Shown here: positions 33,510 to 42,766 of the stretch, in pieces | Layout of the letters: every line of letters starts with the position of its first letter | Numbering within the stretch: the stretch's first letter is position 1 | NCBI GenBank assembly: GCA_963775425.1 | Contig: CAVZJB010000016.1 | Coordinates: 1,184,001-1,248,000, forward strand | DNA from: an uncultured delta proteobacterium | GTDB lineage: Bacteria; Myxococcota; UBA727; VGSZ01 | Direction of reading: 5' to 3' | DNA: 64,000 nt | Program-made: the position numbers and the translations under genes | Notes under the pieces: model-generated | Seen by the model: the letters and a program-made list of their open reading frames with translations, nothing else | Database searches by the model: none | What the model was told of the DNA's origin: nothing

Positions 33510-36341
33510 GTGTCGAAGGAGACCGTCCAGGCCATCCGCGCGGCGACCTGGCGGAGCCCCGCCGAGGTGAGCGCCGTGCTCGCCGGGGCCGACGTGGACG
33601 CGGGCGAGATCCTGCAGGTGCTCGACCTCCTGCTGCACAAGGTCCTCGCCGCCGACGCCGAGCGCCACGCCCTGCGGCGTCAGGCGTTCGCCGCCCTCGT
33701 GCAGAGGCGGCCCGACGAGTCCCTCTTTCGGCCCTTCGTGCGCGCGTTCAAGCAGGCGCCGCCCGACGTGCGCACGGTGCTCGGCGACCTGCTGCCCAAG
33801 GTCGCGCAGAACGCCGACACCGCCGAGCTCGTCGACGTGCTGCGCTCGCCCGAGCCCGAGATGCGCGCGGCGGCGGCGCGCTCGCTCGTCGAGATCGCCC
33901 AGGGGCCGGGCGGCAAGGCCGTCGTCGCCGCCGTCTCCAAGCTCGTGAACGAGCGGGGCTTCGCCGGCCTCAAGGAGGCGCTCGACGTCGTCGTCCGCGC
34001 CGGCGGCGCCCACGCGGTGCCGCTCCTCGAGCGCGTGCTCCTCCACCCCGACCCGGCCGATCGCGTGCTCGCCGCGCGCTTGCTCGGCGACCCGCACGTC
34101 GCCGCGCGCGCGTCGTCACAGGTCATGCACGCGCTGCAGAACGCGGCGCGCGACCCGGTCGAGCAGGTGGCCATCGCCGCCGTCCAGGGCCTCGCCGTCG
34201 TCGCCACCGAGGCCGACTACCTCGCCGTGGCGGTGCCGCTCGTGGAGAGCAAGGACAACCGCGGGCTCAAGCTCGCCGCCGCCGCGCTCGAGGGCCTCCG
34301 TCGCTTTCCCAACGAGCGCACCGCCGCCATCCTCGAGCGCAAGATCGCCGTCGGTCCCAACACGCTCCGCTTCAGCGCCCTCGCCGTCGCGGAGGCCGCC
34401 GGCAGCGACGCGCTCCTCGGTGTCGTCGTCAAGGCGCTCGGCCACCCGCACATCGCGGTGCGCAACCGCGCGAGCGAGGTGATGTCGTCGATGGCGCGCT
34501 CGGGGCGCGTGGAGGTGGGGCGCACCATCGTGTGGCTGCTGCGCTCCCAGGACGTGAGCGTGCGCCGCATGGCCGCCGACGTCCTGCGCGCGGTGCCGGA
34601 TCCCCACGGCGAGCTGTGGCCCAAGCTCGTGTCCTCCTTGCGCGACGACGACTGGTGGGTGCGGGAGCGCGTGATGGACGCGCTCGTCGAGCTCGCGGGC
34701 CGCGGCCTCTCCCGCTACATGGTGGCGTGGCTCGCGGACGGCTCCGACGTCGTCCGCCGCTTCGCCCTCAGCGTGCTCCTGCGCCTGAAGGACCCGGAGA
34801 CCATCGGCGCGCTCGTCCACTGCGCCATGAACGACAGCGACTGGTGGGCGCGCGAGAAGGCCATCGAGGTCATCGCCGAGTTCCGCGACCCGCGCGCGGT
34901 GCCGACCGTCATCGACCTCATGCAGCGAAACCCCGAGCTGCAGCTCGCGTGTATCGCCGCGCTGCGCCGGATCGACGCGGGCGCCGCCGCGCCCCACGTG
35001 CTCCCCCTCGCGCAGTCGCCCGACGCCGACGTTCGCCTCGCGGTCCTCAAGCTCGTCGAGGAGCTCAACGACGCCTCGCACGCCTGGGTGGCCGACGCCC
35101 TCCACGACGACCCGGACCCGGCCGTGCAGCGCCTCGCCCGCTCGGTGGCCGCCCGCTACAGCGTGGTGCGCGAGAACGACCCCGCCGTGCCCGGCATCGC
35201 CCCGGTCGCCGGCGGCGACACCACCCCGCTCGACGTGCTGCTCACGCGCGTGGTCGAGGTCGGCGGCGACGACCTCATCCTCGCCTCCGACCGCCAGGTG
35301 TACGTGAAGCGGCCGGGCGGCATCGTCGCCGTCACCGAGCAGCCCGTGAGCGCCGAGCGCGCCTCGGCGCTCCTGACACCGCTTCTGTCCACGGCGCTGA
35401 TGCTGCGGCTCGAGACCAAGCGCGACGTCGACTTCAGCTACGCCGTCAAGGCCACCGGCGCGCGCTTCCGCGTGAACCTCTTTCGCCAGCGCGGCGGGCT
35501 CTCGGCGGTGTTTCACGCCGTGCGCGGCATCGTGCCCGACCTCGAGCAGCTCGGGCTGCCCGCGCCGGTGGCGTCGTGGTGCAACTTCAAAAACGGCCTG
35601 GTGCTCGTGGCCGGGCCGACGGCGTCGGGCAAATCCACCACGCTGGCGGCGCTCCTCGACGAGATGAACCGCAAGAGCTCGCGGCACATCGTCAGCATCG
35701 AGGACCCCATCGAGGTCCTGCACCCCGCCAAGCTCTCCCTCGTCAACCAGCGGGAGGTGGGCACCCACACCCGCAGCTTCGCGGCGGCGCTGCGCTCGGC
35801 GCTGCGCGAGGATCCCGACGTCCTCATGATCGGAGAGATGCGCGACAAGGAGACCATCGCGCTGGCGCTGACCGCGGCGGAGACCGGCCACCTCGTGTTC
35901 GGCACCATCAACACCATCTCGTCGGACCAGGCCGTCGAGCGCATCGTCAACGCGTTCCCGCGCAGCGAGCAGGAGCAGGTGCGCTCGTCCCTCGCAGACG
36001 TGCTGCGCGCCGTCCTGTGTCAGACGCTGGTGCGCGGGAAGGACGGGAACACACGCCACCTCGCGGCCGAGGTGATGATCAACAACGACGCCATCGCCAA
36101 CCTCATCCGCAAGGGCAAGTCCGTACAGATCCCGTCCATCGTCGCCACGGCGGCCGACGCCGGCATGCAGACGCTCGAGCAGGACCTCGCGCGCCTCATC
36201 CGCAGCGGCGTCGTCGACGTCGACGACGCCTCCGCCAAGGTGCGCAACAAGCGTGAGCTCGAGACCGCGCGCGGCGCGCCCGAACCCCCGCCGGCGCGGC
36301 CGGTGACGGGCACCGTGAAGCGCACGCTGGGGAGCGGCTGA
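33510..36341 (+). CDS. HEAT-repeat domain (~550 aa) fused to a C-terminal PilT/PilU-family ATPase
   Basis: Many HEAT-like units (e.g. LRDDDWWVRERVMDAL, DSDWWAREKAIEVI); GPTASGKSTT, SIEDPIE, NQREVG, ALREDPDVLMIGEMRD, AETGHLVFGTINT, AIANLIRKGK; 943 aa. Confidence 0.9.
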   Translation: MSKETVQAIRAATWRSPAEVSAVLAGADVDAGEILQVLDLLLHKVLAADAERHALRRQAFAALVQRRPDESLFRPFVRAFKQAPPDVRTVLGDLLPKVAQNADTAELVDVLRSPEPEMRAAAARSLVEIAQGPGGKAVVAAVSKLVNERGFAGLKEALDVVVRAGGAHAVPLLERVLLHPDPADRVLAARLLGDPHVAARASSQVMHALQNAARDPVEQVAIAAVQGLAVVATEADYLAVAVPLVESKDNRGLKLAAAALEGLRRFPNERTAAILERKIAVGPNTLRFSALAVAEAAGSDALLGVVVKALGHPHIAVRNRASEVMSSMARSGRVEVGRTIVWLLRSQDVSVRRMAADVLRAVPDPHGELWPKLVSSLRDDDWWVRERVMDALVELAGRGLSRYMVAWLADGSDVVRRFALSVLLRLKDPETIGALVHCAMNDSDWWAREKAIEVIAEFRDPRAVPTVIDLMQRNPELQLACIAALRRIDAGAAAPHVLPLAQSPDADVRLAVLKLVEELNDASHAWVADALHDDPDPAVQRLARSVAARYSVVRENDPAVPGIAPVAGGDTTPLDVLLTRVVEVGGDDLILASDRQVYVKRPGGIVAVTEQPVSAERASALLTPLLSTALMLRLETKRDVDFSYAVKATGARFRVNLFRQRGGLSAVFHAVRGIVPDLEQLGLPAPVASWCNFKNGLVLVAGPTASGKSTTLAALLDEMNRKSSRHIVSIEDPIEVLHPAKLSLVNQREVGTHTRSFAAALRSALREDPDVLMIGEMRDKETIALALTAAETGHLVFGTINTISSDQAVERIVNAFPRSEQEQVRSSLADVLRAVLCQTLVRGKDGNTRHLAAEVMINNDAIANLIRKGKSVQIPSIVATAADAGMQTLEQDLARLIRSGVVDVDDASAKVRNKRELETARGAPEPPPARPVTGTVKRTLGSG

Positions 36342-37433
36342 GTGGCGCGCATCGACTCCTTCCTGCGGCTCGTCGTCGAACAGGGCGCGAGCGATCTGCA
36401 CTTCGACGCCGGCAAGGTCCCTGTCATCCGCTACAACGGCGACCTGTTGCCGTTGCCGTTCCGCCCGCTGTCGGAGGCGGAGACGCGGCGCTTCCTCTTC
36501 GAGATGCTCGACACCGAGGAGCGCGACCGCCTCGAGAGCACGCAGGAGCTCGACCTCCTGTACGCCCTGCCCGACGTCGGGCGCTTTCGCGTGAACATGT
36601 TCGTGCAGTCGCACGGCTACGGCGCCGCCTTCCGCATCATCCCCGACCGCCCTCCGGAGCTCGACGTCCTCGGGTTTCCGCCCGTGGTCCGCCAGCTCAC
36701 GGCGCTGTCGTCGGGGCTGGTGCTCATCGGCGGGCCCACGGGGTCGGGCAAGACCACCACGCTCGCGGCCATCGTCCACGAGATCAACAAGACCGCGCAG
36801 CGCCACGTCATCACCATCGAGGACCCCATCGAGTTCCTCCACGAGCCCATCCAGAGCGTGATCACGCAGCGGCAGGTGGGCGCGCACATCGAGAGCTTCG
36901 CGGAGGCGGTGCGCTCGGCCTTGCGTGAGGCGCCCGACGTGCTCGTCGTCGGCGAGGTGCGCGAGCACGAGACCCTCCGGCTCGCGTTACAGGCGGCGGA
37001 GACCGGCGTGCTCGCGTTCGGCACGCTCCACACGGGCTCGGCGCCGAAGACCCTCTCCCGCGTCCTCGACATGGCGCCCGAGGACGCGCGCGAGCAATTG
37101 CGAGCCACGCTCGCGGTCCACCTGCGCGCGGTGCTGGCGCAACACCTCGTCAAGCGCGCCAGCGGCGACGGCCGCATCGCCACCCTCGAGGTGCTGGTGA
37201 ACAACCAGGCCGTGGCGTCGATGATCCGCGACAACAAGGTCGCGCAGCTCGACGGCATGCTGCAGTCGGCGTCGCCGGAGACCGGGATGCAGTCGCTCGA
37301 CGCGTGTCTCATCCGCTACCTCCGCGACGGCCTCGTCGACGCCGATGACGCCGTCAGCACCGCCGAGCACCCGGACGTCATCAAGCGCGCCATCGCGCAG
37401 CTCGCGATGGAGCAAGCGGAGGCGGCCCAGTGA
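36342..37433 (+). CDS. PilT/PilU-family ATPase paralog
   Basis: GASDLH, RFRVN, GPTGSGKTTT, TIEDPIE, ALREAPDVLVVGEVRE, AETGVLAFGTLHT, GMQSLD; starts immediately after the upstream stop. Confidence 0.93.
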   Translation: MARIDSFLRLVVEQGASDLHFDAGKVPVIRYNGDLLPLPFRPLSEAETRRFLFEMLDTEERDRLESTQELDLLYALPDVGRFRVNMFVQSHGYGAAFRIIPDRPPELDVLGFPPVVRQLTALSSGLVLIGGPTGSGKTTTLAAIVHEINKTAQRHVITIEDPIEFLHEPIQSVITQRQVGAHIESFAEAVRSALREAPDVLVVGEVREHETLRLALQAAETGVLAFGTLHTGSAPKTLSRVLDMAPEDAREQLRATLAVHLRAVLAQHLVKRASGDGRIATLEVLVNNQAVASMIRDNKVAQLDGMLQSASPETGMQSLDACLIRYLRDGLVDADDAVSTAEHPDVIKRAIAQLAMEQAEAAQ

Positions 37434-39121
37434 GCGACGCCGCCGAAGGGGCCGAGCTGGCCCGCGCGCGCGCCCTCGAGGGCCAGGGCGACCTCGACGC
37501 GGCGTACCGCGCGTACATGGCGGGCGGTCACCTCGACGACGCCGTGCGGCTCCTGCGTGACAACGGGCGGCCGCTCGACGCCGCCGACGTCATCATCGCG
37601 TGGGTCACGCAACGGCCGCGCCCCCTCGACGACAACGACCGCGCGTGGGCCACGCGCGCGGCCGAGCTCCTCGAGCAGGGGGACGCGCCCGCGCGCGCCG
37701 CCGAGATCCTCGCGTGGATCGGCGCCGCCGGCGAAGCGGCCGCGCTCGCGCAGAAGCTCCTCGCCGAGGGGCGGATCTTCGACGCGGGCGCGGCGCTCGT
37801 GCGCCTCGGCAATCCGGGGCGCGGCATCGAGCTCCTGTCCAAGACGCCGCGGGGCGACGCCCGCTACGCCGCGGCGTGCGTGGAGGTCGCCCGCGGGCTC
37901 GCGCGCGGCGCGGCCATGACCATGGAGCTCGACCGCTGGCTCGCGGACTTCATCCGCAAAGGACCCGACGACGACGTCGAAGCCGACGCCCTCTACGGCG
38001 TCGCCGCCGCGTTCGCGCGCGAGGGGTTCCCCGAAAACGCCATCGAGTGCCTGCTTCGCATCGAGGCCCGCCGGCCCGGCTTTCGCGACGCCGCGGCCCA
38101 GGCCGCGCGCCTGGAGGCGGGCGCGCGCAGCGCGGTGCACGACTTCGCGCGGGTGCTCGAGGAGGATGCGCGCTTCCTCGGTGCGCAGGGCCCTGGCGTA
38201 AAGCCGCTGCCCTCGGCCGCCATCGCCCCCACGGACACGCCGACCGTGATCACCTCGTCATCCGAGGACGAGCCGGCCGCTGCCGGACTGGCGCAGTCGT
38301 TCGCGCCCGGCGTCATCCTCGCGAAGCGCTATCGCCTCGAGGAGCTCATCGGGCGTGGCGGCATGTCGCTCGTGTACCGCGCCACGGACCTCGAGCTGAA
38401 CGACACCGTGGCGCTCAAGATCTTCACGCAGCCCACCAACGAAGACGCGCTCGCGCGCTTCAAGCAGGAGGTGCTGCTCGCGCGGCAGCTCATCCACCGG
38501 CACGTGGTGCGCGTGTACGACCTCGGCACCGCGCTCGGCGCGCGCTTCCTCACGATGGAGCTTCTCGTCGGCGAGGACCTGCACACCAAGATGGTGCACG
38601 GGCTCACCCTCCGGCAGGGCGTCGACTTTCTCATCCAGGCCTGCGCGGGCCTGGAGGCGGCGCACCAGGTGGGCGTCATCCACCGCGACGTGAAGCCGGA
38701 GAACCTGTTCGTCACGCGGGAGAACGTCGTCAAGGTCACCGACTTCGGCATCGCCAAGCAGTCGAGCCAGCCCGGGCTCACGGTGGCGGGGATGGTGGTC
38801 GGCACGCCGGAGTACATGGCGCCCGAGCAGGCGCATGGCCACATGAACGTCACGCCGCGCGCCGACCTCTACTCCATCGGCATCATCCTGTACTACCTCA
38901 CCACGGGGACGCTCCCGTTCCGCCACAGCGAGCTGGTGCCGCTGTTGATGATGCAGGTGACGCAGAAGCCCGACCCGCCGCGCAAGCACAACCCCGCGCT
39001 CCCCGGAGACGTCGAGGAGCTGGTGCTCTCGCTCCTCGAGAAGGATCCCGCGCTGCGGCCGCCGTCGGCGCGCGCCGTGGGCGAGCGCTTGATCGATCTG
39101 CGGCTGCGCGGCGTGGTCTGA
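37430..39121 (+). CDS. Cytoplasmic Ser/Thr kinase with N-terminal TPR-like helical region
   Basis: IGRGGMSLVY, VALKIF, HRDVKPEN, DFGIAK, GTPEYMAPEQ, DLYSIG; about 260 aa helical N-terminus; no TM seen; GTGA overlap. Confidence 0.92.
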   Translation: MSDAAEGAELARARALEGQGDLDAAYRAYMAGGHLDDAVRLLRDNGRPLDAADVIIAWVTQRPRPLDDNDRAWATRAAELLEQGDAPARAAEILAWIGAAGEAAALAQKLLAEGRIFDAGAALVRLGNPGRGIELLSKTPRGDARYAAACVEVARGLARGAAMTMELDRWLADFIRKGPDDDVEADALYGVAAAFAREGFPENAIECLLRIEARRPGFRDAAAQAARLEAGARSAVHDFARVLEEDARFLGAQGPGVKPLPSAAIAPTDTPTVITSSSEDEPAAAGLAQSFAPGVILAKRYRLEELIGRGGMSLVYRATDLELNDTVALKIFTQPTNEDALARFKQEVLLARQLIHRHVVRVYDLGTALGARFLTMELLVGEDLHTKMVHGLTLRQGVDFLIQACAGLEAAHQVGVIHRDVKPENLFVTRENVVKVTDFGIAKQSSQPGLTVAGMVVGTPEYMAPEQAHGHMNVTPRADLYSIGIILYYLTTGTLPFRHSELVPLLMMQVTQKPDPPRKHNPALPGDVEELVLSLLEKDPALRPPSARAVGERLIDLRLRGVV

Positions 39122-39151
39122 GCGCGCGCGGGACGGCCTGGATGTCGTGAC

Positions 39152-39185
39152 GCCGCTCGAATTGCCGACCGGAGGGAGCGGCCGC
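39152..39185. repeat. REP-like motif copy/hairpin between the convergent kinase and argH genes
   Basis: CGACCGGAGGGAGCGGCCGC at 39166-39185; gccgctc (39152) can pair with gagcggc. Confidence 0.65.
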
Positions 39186-39192
39186 GGTCAAT

Positions 39193-40485
39193 TCAGACGA
39201 GGGCGCGCAGGCGCTGCTCGAGGCGATCGAGGCCGAGGTTGGCGGCGCCACCGAGGGAGACGCGCGCCTCCAGGCTCTGCTCGGGCGTGCGCGCCGCGAG
39301 CGTGGGGATGTCGCGAGCGGCGCGGGCGTAGGCGATGCGGAAGGGGACGCCGGCGCGCGCGAGCTCCAAAGCGCGGTCGGTGGCGTGCATGTCGCCGGTG
39401 ATGGCGGCCCGCATGCGCTCCTCGTCGAAGCGGACGGCGTCGACGAGGGCGGGCACGAGCTCGAGGCCCGCCAGCGCGCGCTCGCACGCACGCACCAGGG
39501 GCGCCTTGGTGGTCTGCAGGTCGCGGTGGTAGCTCGACGGCAACGACAGCGCCGCCGACGTCTCCGCGAGCGCCCCCTCCACCACCGCCGGCAGCGCGCG
39601 CAACAGCTCGACCACGTCGGGGTTTCGCTTGTTCGGCATGAGCGAGCTGCCCGTGGTGTATGCGTCGGGGAGCACGACGAAGCCGAGCTCGGTGGTGGCA
39701 TACAGCGACAGGTCCCACGCGAGCCTTCGCACGTCGACGCACGCGAGGTGAAGCGCTTGAAGCGCGAACAGCTCGATCTTGCCGCGACCGTTCTGCGCGG
39801 CCATCGGGCTCACGATCACCCGGCCGAAGCCGAGCTCCGCGGCGATGCCGTCTCGGTCGAGCGCCACGCTCACCCCGAAGCCCGCGCCCGTGCCGAGCGG
39901 CGACGCGTTGGCCAGCTCCCGGGCCCCCTGCGCCGCCTGGGCGTCGTCGAGGAACCCCTCCGCGTGGCCCGCCATCCACATCGCCAGCGACATGGGCATG
40001 GCGCGCTGCAGGTGCGTATAGCCCGGCATGGGGACGTCGACGGAGCGCTTGGCCCTCTCGAGCAGGCGTGCCGCCGTCTCGCGCGAAGACGCGTACAAGC
40101 GATCGAGCTGCGCGAGCAGGTAGAGGCGCTGCGCCACCAGCACCTGATCGTTGCGCGAGCGGGCCGTGTGCACCTTGCGCCCGAGGTCGCCGGCCTTCTC
40201 GGTCAGCCAGCTCTCGATCGCCGTGTGACCGTCCTCGTAGCGATCGTCGAGCACGAAGGCGCCCGCGAGCCACTCCTGCCCGAGCTGGACGAGGAGCCCC
40301 GCCAGCCGGTCGCGCTCATCGGCGCTCAGGATGTCCGCGCGAGACAGCGCGTTGACGTGCGCGATGGTCGCGCGGACGTCGTGCACGAACAGCGCTCTGT
40401 CGAGGACGACGTCGTCGGCGGCGCAGAAGCGCTGCACGGCCTCGTCGAGCTCGACCTTGCCCTTGGCCCACAGCGGCGCTGTCAT
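39193..40485 (-). CDS. argH: Argininosuccinate lyase
   Basis: EDGH, HTARSRNDQV, MPGYTHLQRA, TTGSSLMPNKRNPD, SYHRDLQ. Confidence 0.96.
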   Translation of the reverse strand: MTAPLWAKGKVELDEAVQRFCAADDVVLDRALFVHDVRATIAHVNALSRADILSADERDRLAGLLVQLGQEWLAGAFVLDDRYEDGHTAIESWLTEKAGDLGRKVHTARSRNDQVLVAQRLYLLAQLDRLYASSRETAARLLERAKRSVDVPMPGYTHLQRAMPMSLAMWMAGHAEGFLDDAQAAQGARELANASPLGTGAGFGVSVALDRDGIAAELGFGRVIVSPMAAQNGRGKIELFALQALHLACVDVRRLAWDLSLYATTELGFVVLPDAYTTGSSLMPNKRNPDVVELLRALPAVVEGALAETSAALSLPSSYHRDLQTTKAPLVRACERALAGLELVPALVDAVRFDEERMRAAITGDMHATDRALELARAGVPFRIAYARAARDIPTLAARTPEQSLEARVSLGGAANLGLDRLEQRLRALV

Positions 40486-40498
40486 CGCTCATCCTCCA

Positions 40499-41416
40499 TC
40501 AGCCTTTTCGAGGCGCGGCGGCTGGTCCGCCGCAGGGGATGCCCGCGGTCTCATCGAGACCGAGGGCGAGGTTCATGTTCTGCACGGCCTGCGTGGCGGC
40601 GCCTTTCAGCAGGTTGTCGAGGGTGACGACGAGCGCGACCCGCGTGCCGGCTCGGTCGGCGGCGGCGCCGCCCACGCGCGCCCCGTGGGTGCCCCGCGCG
40701 TCGCGCACCTCCGGCGTCTCGCGCACGGCGTCGACAAGCGGCTCGCCTGCGCCGGGCGCGCCGTATCTGTCGACGAGACGGGCGTAGGCCTCCTCGTCGC
40801 TCATGGGCCGCGAGAGGGGCACCGACAGGGTGAGGGTGATGCCCGCGTAAAACGGTGCCACGTGCGGCATGAACGCCACCGGGCGGCCGAGGTGTCGCGC
40901 AATCTCGCGCTCGTGGGTGTGGTCGACGAGGCCGTACGGCAGCAGGTTGTCGGCGAGCCGCGCGGGGTCGTTCCTCGGCGACGGCGTGGAGCCCGCCCCC
41001 GAGTACCCCGACACCCCGAACACGGAGGGCGCAGCGGCGGCGACGTCGAGGAACGGGTCGAGGCCGAGCTGCGCGCCGGTGGCGTAGCAGCCTGGGTTGC
41101 TGATGCGCCGCGCGCCGCGCACGCGCGCGCGGTTGCGCTCGGGGAGCCCGTAGACCCAGGCATCGTCGAAGCGGTGGTCGGCGGAGAGGTCGACCACCAC
41201 GGGGCCGGCGTCGCCGACGGCGTCGAGGTACGGCGCCGACGCGCCGTTGGGTGCGGACAGGAACAACACGTCGAGCCCGGCCGCCGCGGCCTCCCCGGGG
41301 GAGGCGCGCGCGCCCTCGCCGAAGACGAGCTCGACGCCGGCGTGGCCCTCGAGGAGCTTCACGAGCTCCCGGCCGGCGGCGCCGCGGCCGCCGACGACAC
41401 CGGCGCGCACGGTCAC
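40499..41416 (-). CDS. argC: N-acetyl-gamma-glutamyl-phosphate reductase moiety (may be a separate gene from internal GTG 41416)
   Basis: VGGRGAAGRELV, VDLSADHR, YGLPE, ISNPGCYAT (catalytic Cys), SGYSGAG, DNLLKGAATQAVQNMN; GGAG lies 8 nt before GTG 41416. Confidence 0.88.
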   Translation of the reverse strand: MTVRAGVVGGRGAAGRELVKLLEGHAGVELVFGEGARASPGEAAAAGLDVLFLSAPNGASAPYLDAVGDAGPVVVDLSADHRFDDAWVYGLPERNRARVRGARRISNPGCYATGAQLGLDPFLDVAAAAPSVFGVSGYSGAGSTPSPRNDPARLADNLLPYGLVDHTHEREIARHLGRPVAFMPHVAPFYAGITLTLSVPLSRPMSDEEAYARLVDRYGAPGAGEPLVDAVRETPEVRDARGTHGARVGGAAADRAGTRVALVVTLDNLLKGAATQAVQNMNLALGLDETAGIPCGGPAAAPRKG

Positions 41417-42766
41417 GACCGGCGCTCCGATGGCGTGGGCCTTGAGGGTGGCCGGCATGGCCAGGGCGCGCTGGATACACGCTTCGATGACTTTGAAATC
41501 GTCGATTCCGTACCAGAACACGATCCACTTCCCTGCCTTGATGGCGCCGTCGGCGCGCTGGAAGTACCAGCCGTTCACCTCGTTGTCGACGCGGGCGCGC
41601 CAGAAGAGCTGCGGGTTCTCGTCGGCGATGCGCTGCCAGAGAGAGCCGCCGACGCCGTCGCCCTGGGCCTCGGAGGTGACCGCGAACTTGTCGAGGTAGG
41701 CGACGCCGTCCGTGCCCTCGATGGCCTCGCGCGTGAGGATGGCCGTGGCCCGATAGCTGTCCGCCAGATAGATGCGGAAGAAGGGCCTCTGGTCGAAGTA
41801 GTCGAGGTGGAGCTTGCGGCCGAAGCCGTCCTCGAGGAGCGCGCGCAGCTTCTCCCGGTCGATGCCCTCGAGCGAGTCGTGGCGGCGCACGCGCTCCCCG
41901 AGCCTGATGAGCGTGCCCGCGCCCTTGTGGGTGAACAGCTCGCGCGTGAGGTTCTCCGGCGAGGCCACCGCCGCCGACGACGACAGCGGCAGCACCTCGA
42001 GGAGCGCGCGCGCCACCTCGAGCTTCTTCTTGTGCGAAGGCGCCAGCCACTCGGCGTCGACAAGGTGCTCATAGTCCTCGACGAGGTTGACCGCGCTGAT
42101 GATGTGGCCCTCGGCGTCGCGGATGCCGTCGTCGGGGGAGAGGAACACCACCTTGAAGGGCTCGAGCGCGCGGGCGAGGGCGCCGCAGGCCTCGTCGGCG
42201 TTGACGTTGACCACCTGTCCGCTCGCCGTGAGCGCGAGGCTCGCGAGGATGGGGATCTGCTCCCCGCGCACGCTCGACTCGACGAGCTCGAGGTGCACGC
42301 CGCTGACGGTGCCGGCGTAGCCGAAGCGCTCGCGATCGATGAGCTCGGCCTCGAACACGCCGGTGGGGACGGGGCGCGCGTCGACGCCGAGCGCCTCGAG
42401 GGCGTCGGCGATGCGGAGGTTCTCGCGCTGAAAGACCCTGCGCGCGATCTCGATGCCGCGCTCGCTGACCACGCGCTCGCCGCGCTCGTTCTCGGCGGGG
42501 ACGCCGGCCTCGGCGAGCGCCGCCTTGAGCTGGGGCCCGGCGCCGTGCAGCACCACGGGCGTGAGGCCGACCTTGTCGAGGAACGCGATGGAAGACGCGA
42601 GGGCGTCGAGCTCCTGCTCCACGACGCCGCCGGAGACCTTGATGACGGCGAAGCGCTGGCGCACCGATGAAAAGAGCTTGAGGTACTGCTCGACCTCCTT
42701 GCGGGTGCCGAGGCTCTGCAGCAGCCGGACGATCAGGTCCTCGGTGCGATCCTGTGGGTCGCTCAC
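40499..42766 (-). CDS. argB: As assembled, one 755-aa ORF: acetylglutamate kinase + DUF619/GNAT (NAGS/K-type) + ArgC
   Basis: FAVIKVSGG, VLHGAGPQ, NVNAD, ELFTHKGAGT, YLDKFAV..AQGDG, LFWRARVDN.VNGWYF, then the ArgC region in frame; GTGA overlap with argE. Confidence 0.88.
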   Translation of the reverse strand: MSDPQDRTEDLIVRLLQSLGTRKEVEQYLKLFSSVRQRFAVIKVSGGVVEQELDALASSIAFLDKVGLTPVVLHGAGPQLKAALAEAGVPAENERGERVVSERGIEIARRVFQRENLRIADALEALGVDARPVPTGVFEAELIDRERFGYAGTVSGVHLELVESSVRGEQIPILASLALTASGQVVNVNADEACGALARALEPFKVVFLSPDDGIRDAEGHIISAVNLVEDYEHLVDAEWLAPSHKKKLEVARALLEVLPLSSSAAVASPENLTRELFTHKGAGTLIRLGERVRRHDSLEGIDREKLRALLEDGFGRKLHLDYFDQRPFFRIYLADSYRATAILTREAIEGTDGVAYLDKFAVTSEAQGDGVGGSLWQRIADENPQLFWRARVDNEVNGWYFQRADGAIKAGKWIVFWYGIDDFKVIEACIQRALAMPATLKAHAIGAPVVTVRAGVVGGRGAAGRELVKLLEGHAGVELVFGEGARASPGEAAAAGLDVLFLSAPNGASAPYLDAVGDAGPVVVDLSADHRFDDAWVYGLPERNRARVRGARRISNPGCYATGAQLGLDPFLDVAAAAPSVFGVSGYSGAGSTPSPRNDPARLADNLLPYGLVDHTHEREIARHLGRPVAFMPHVAPFYAGITLTLSVPLSRPMSDEEAYARLVDRYGAPGAGEPLVDAVRETPEVRDARGTHGARVGGAAADRAGTRVALVVTLDNLLKGAATQAVQNMNLALGLDETAGIPCGGPAAAPRKG

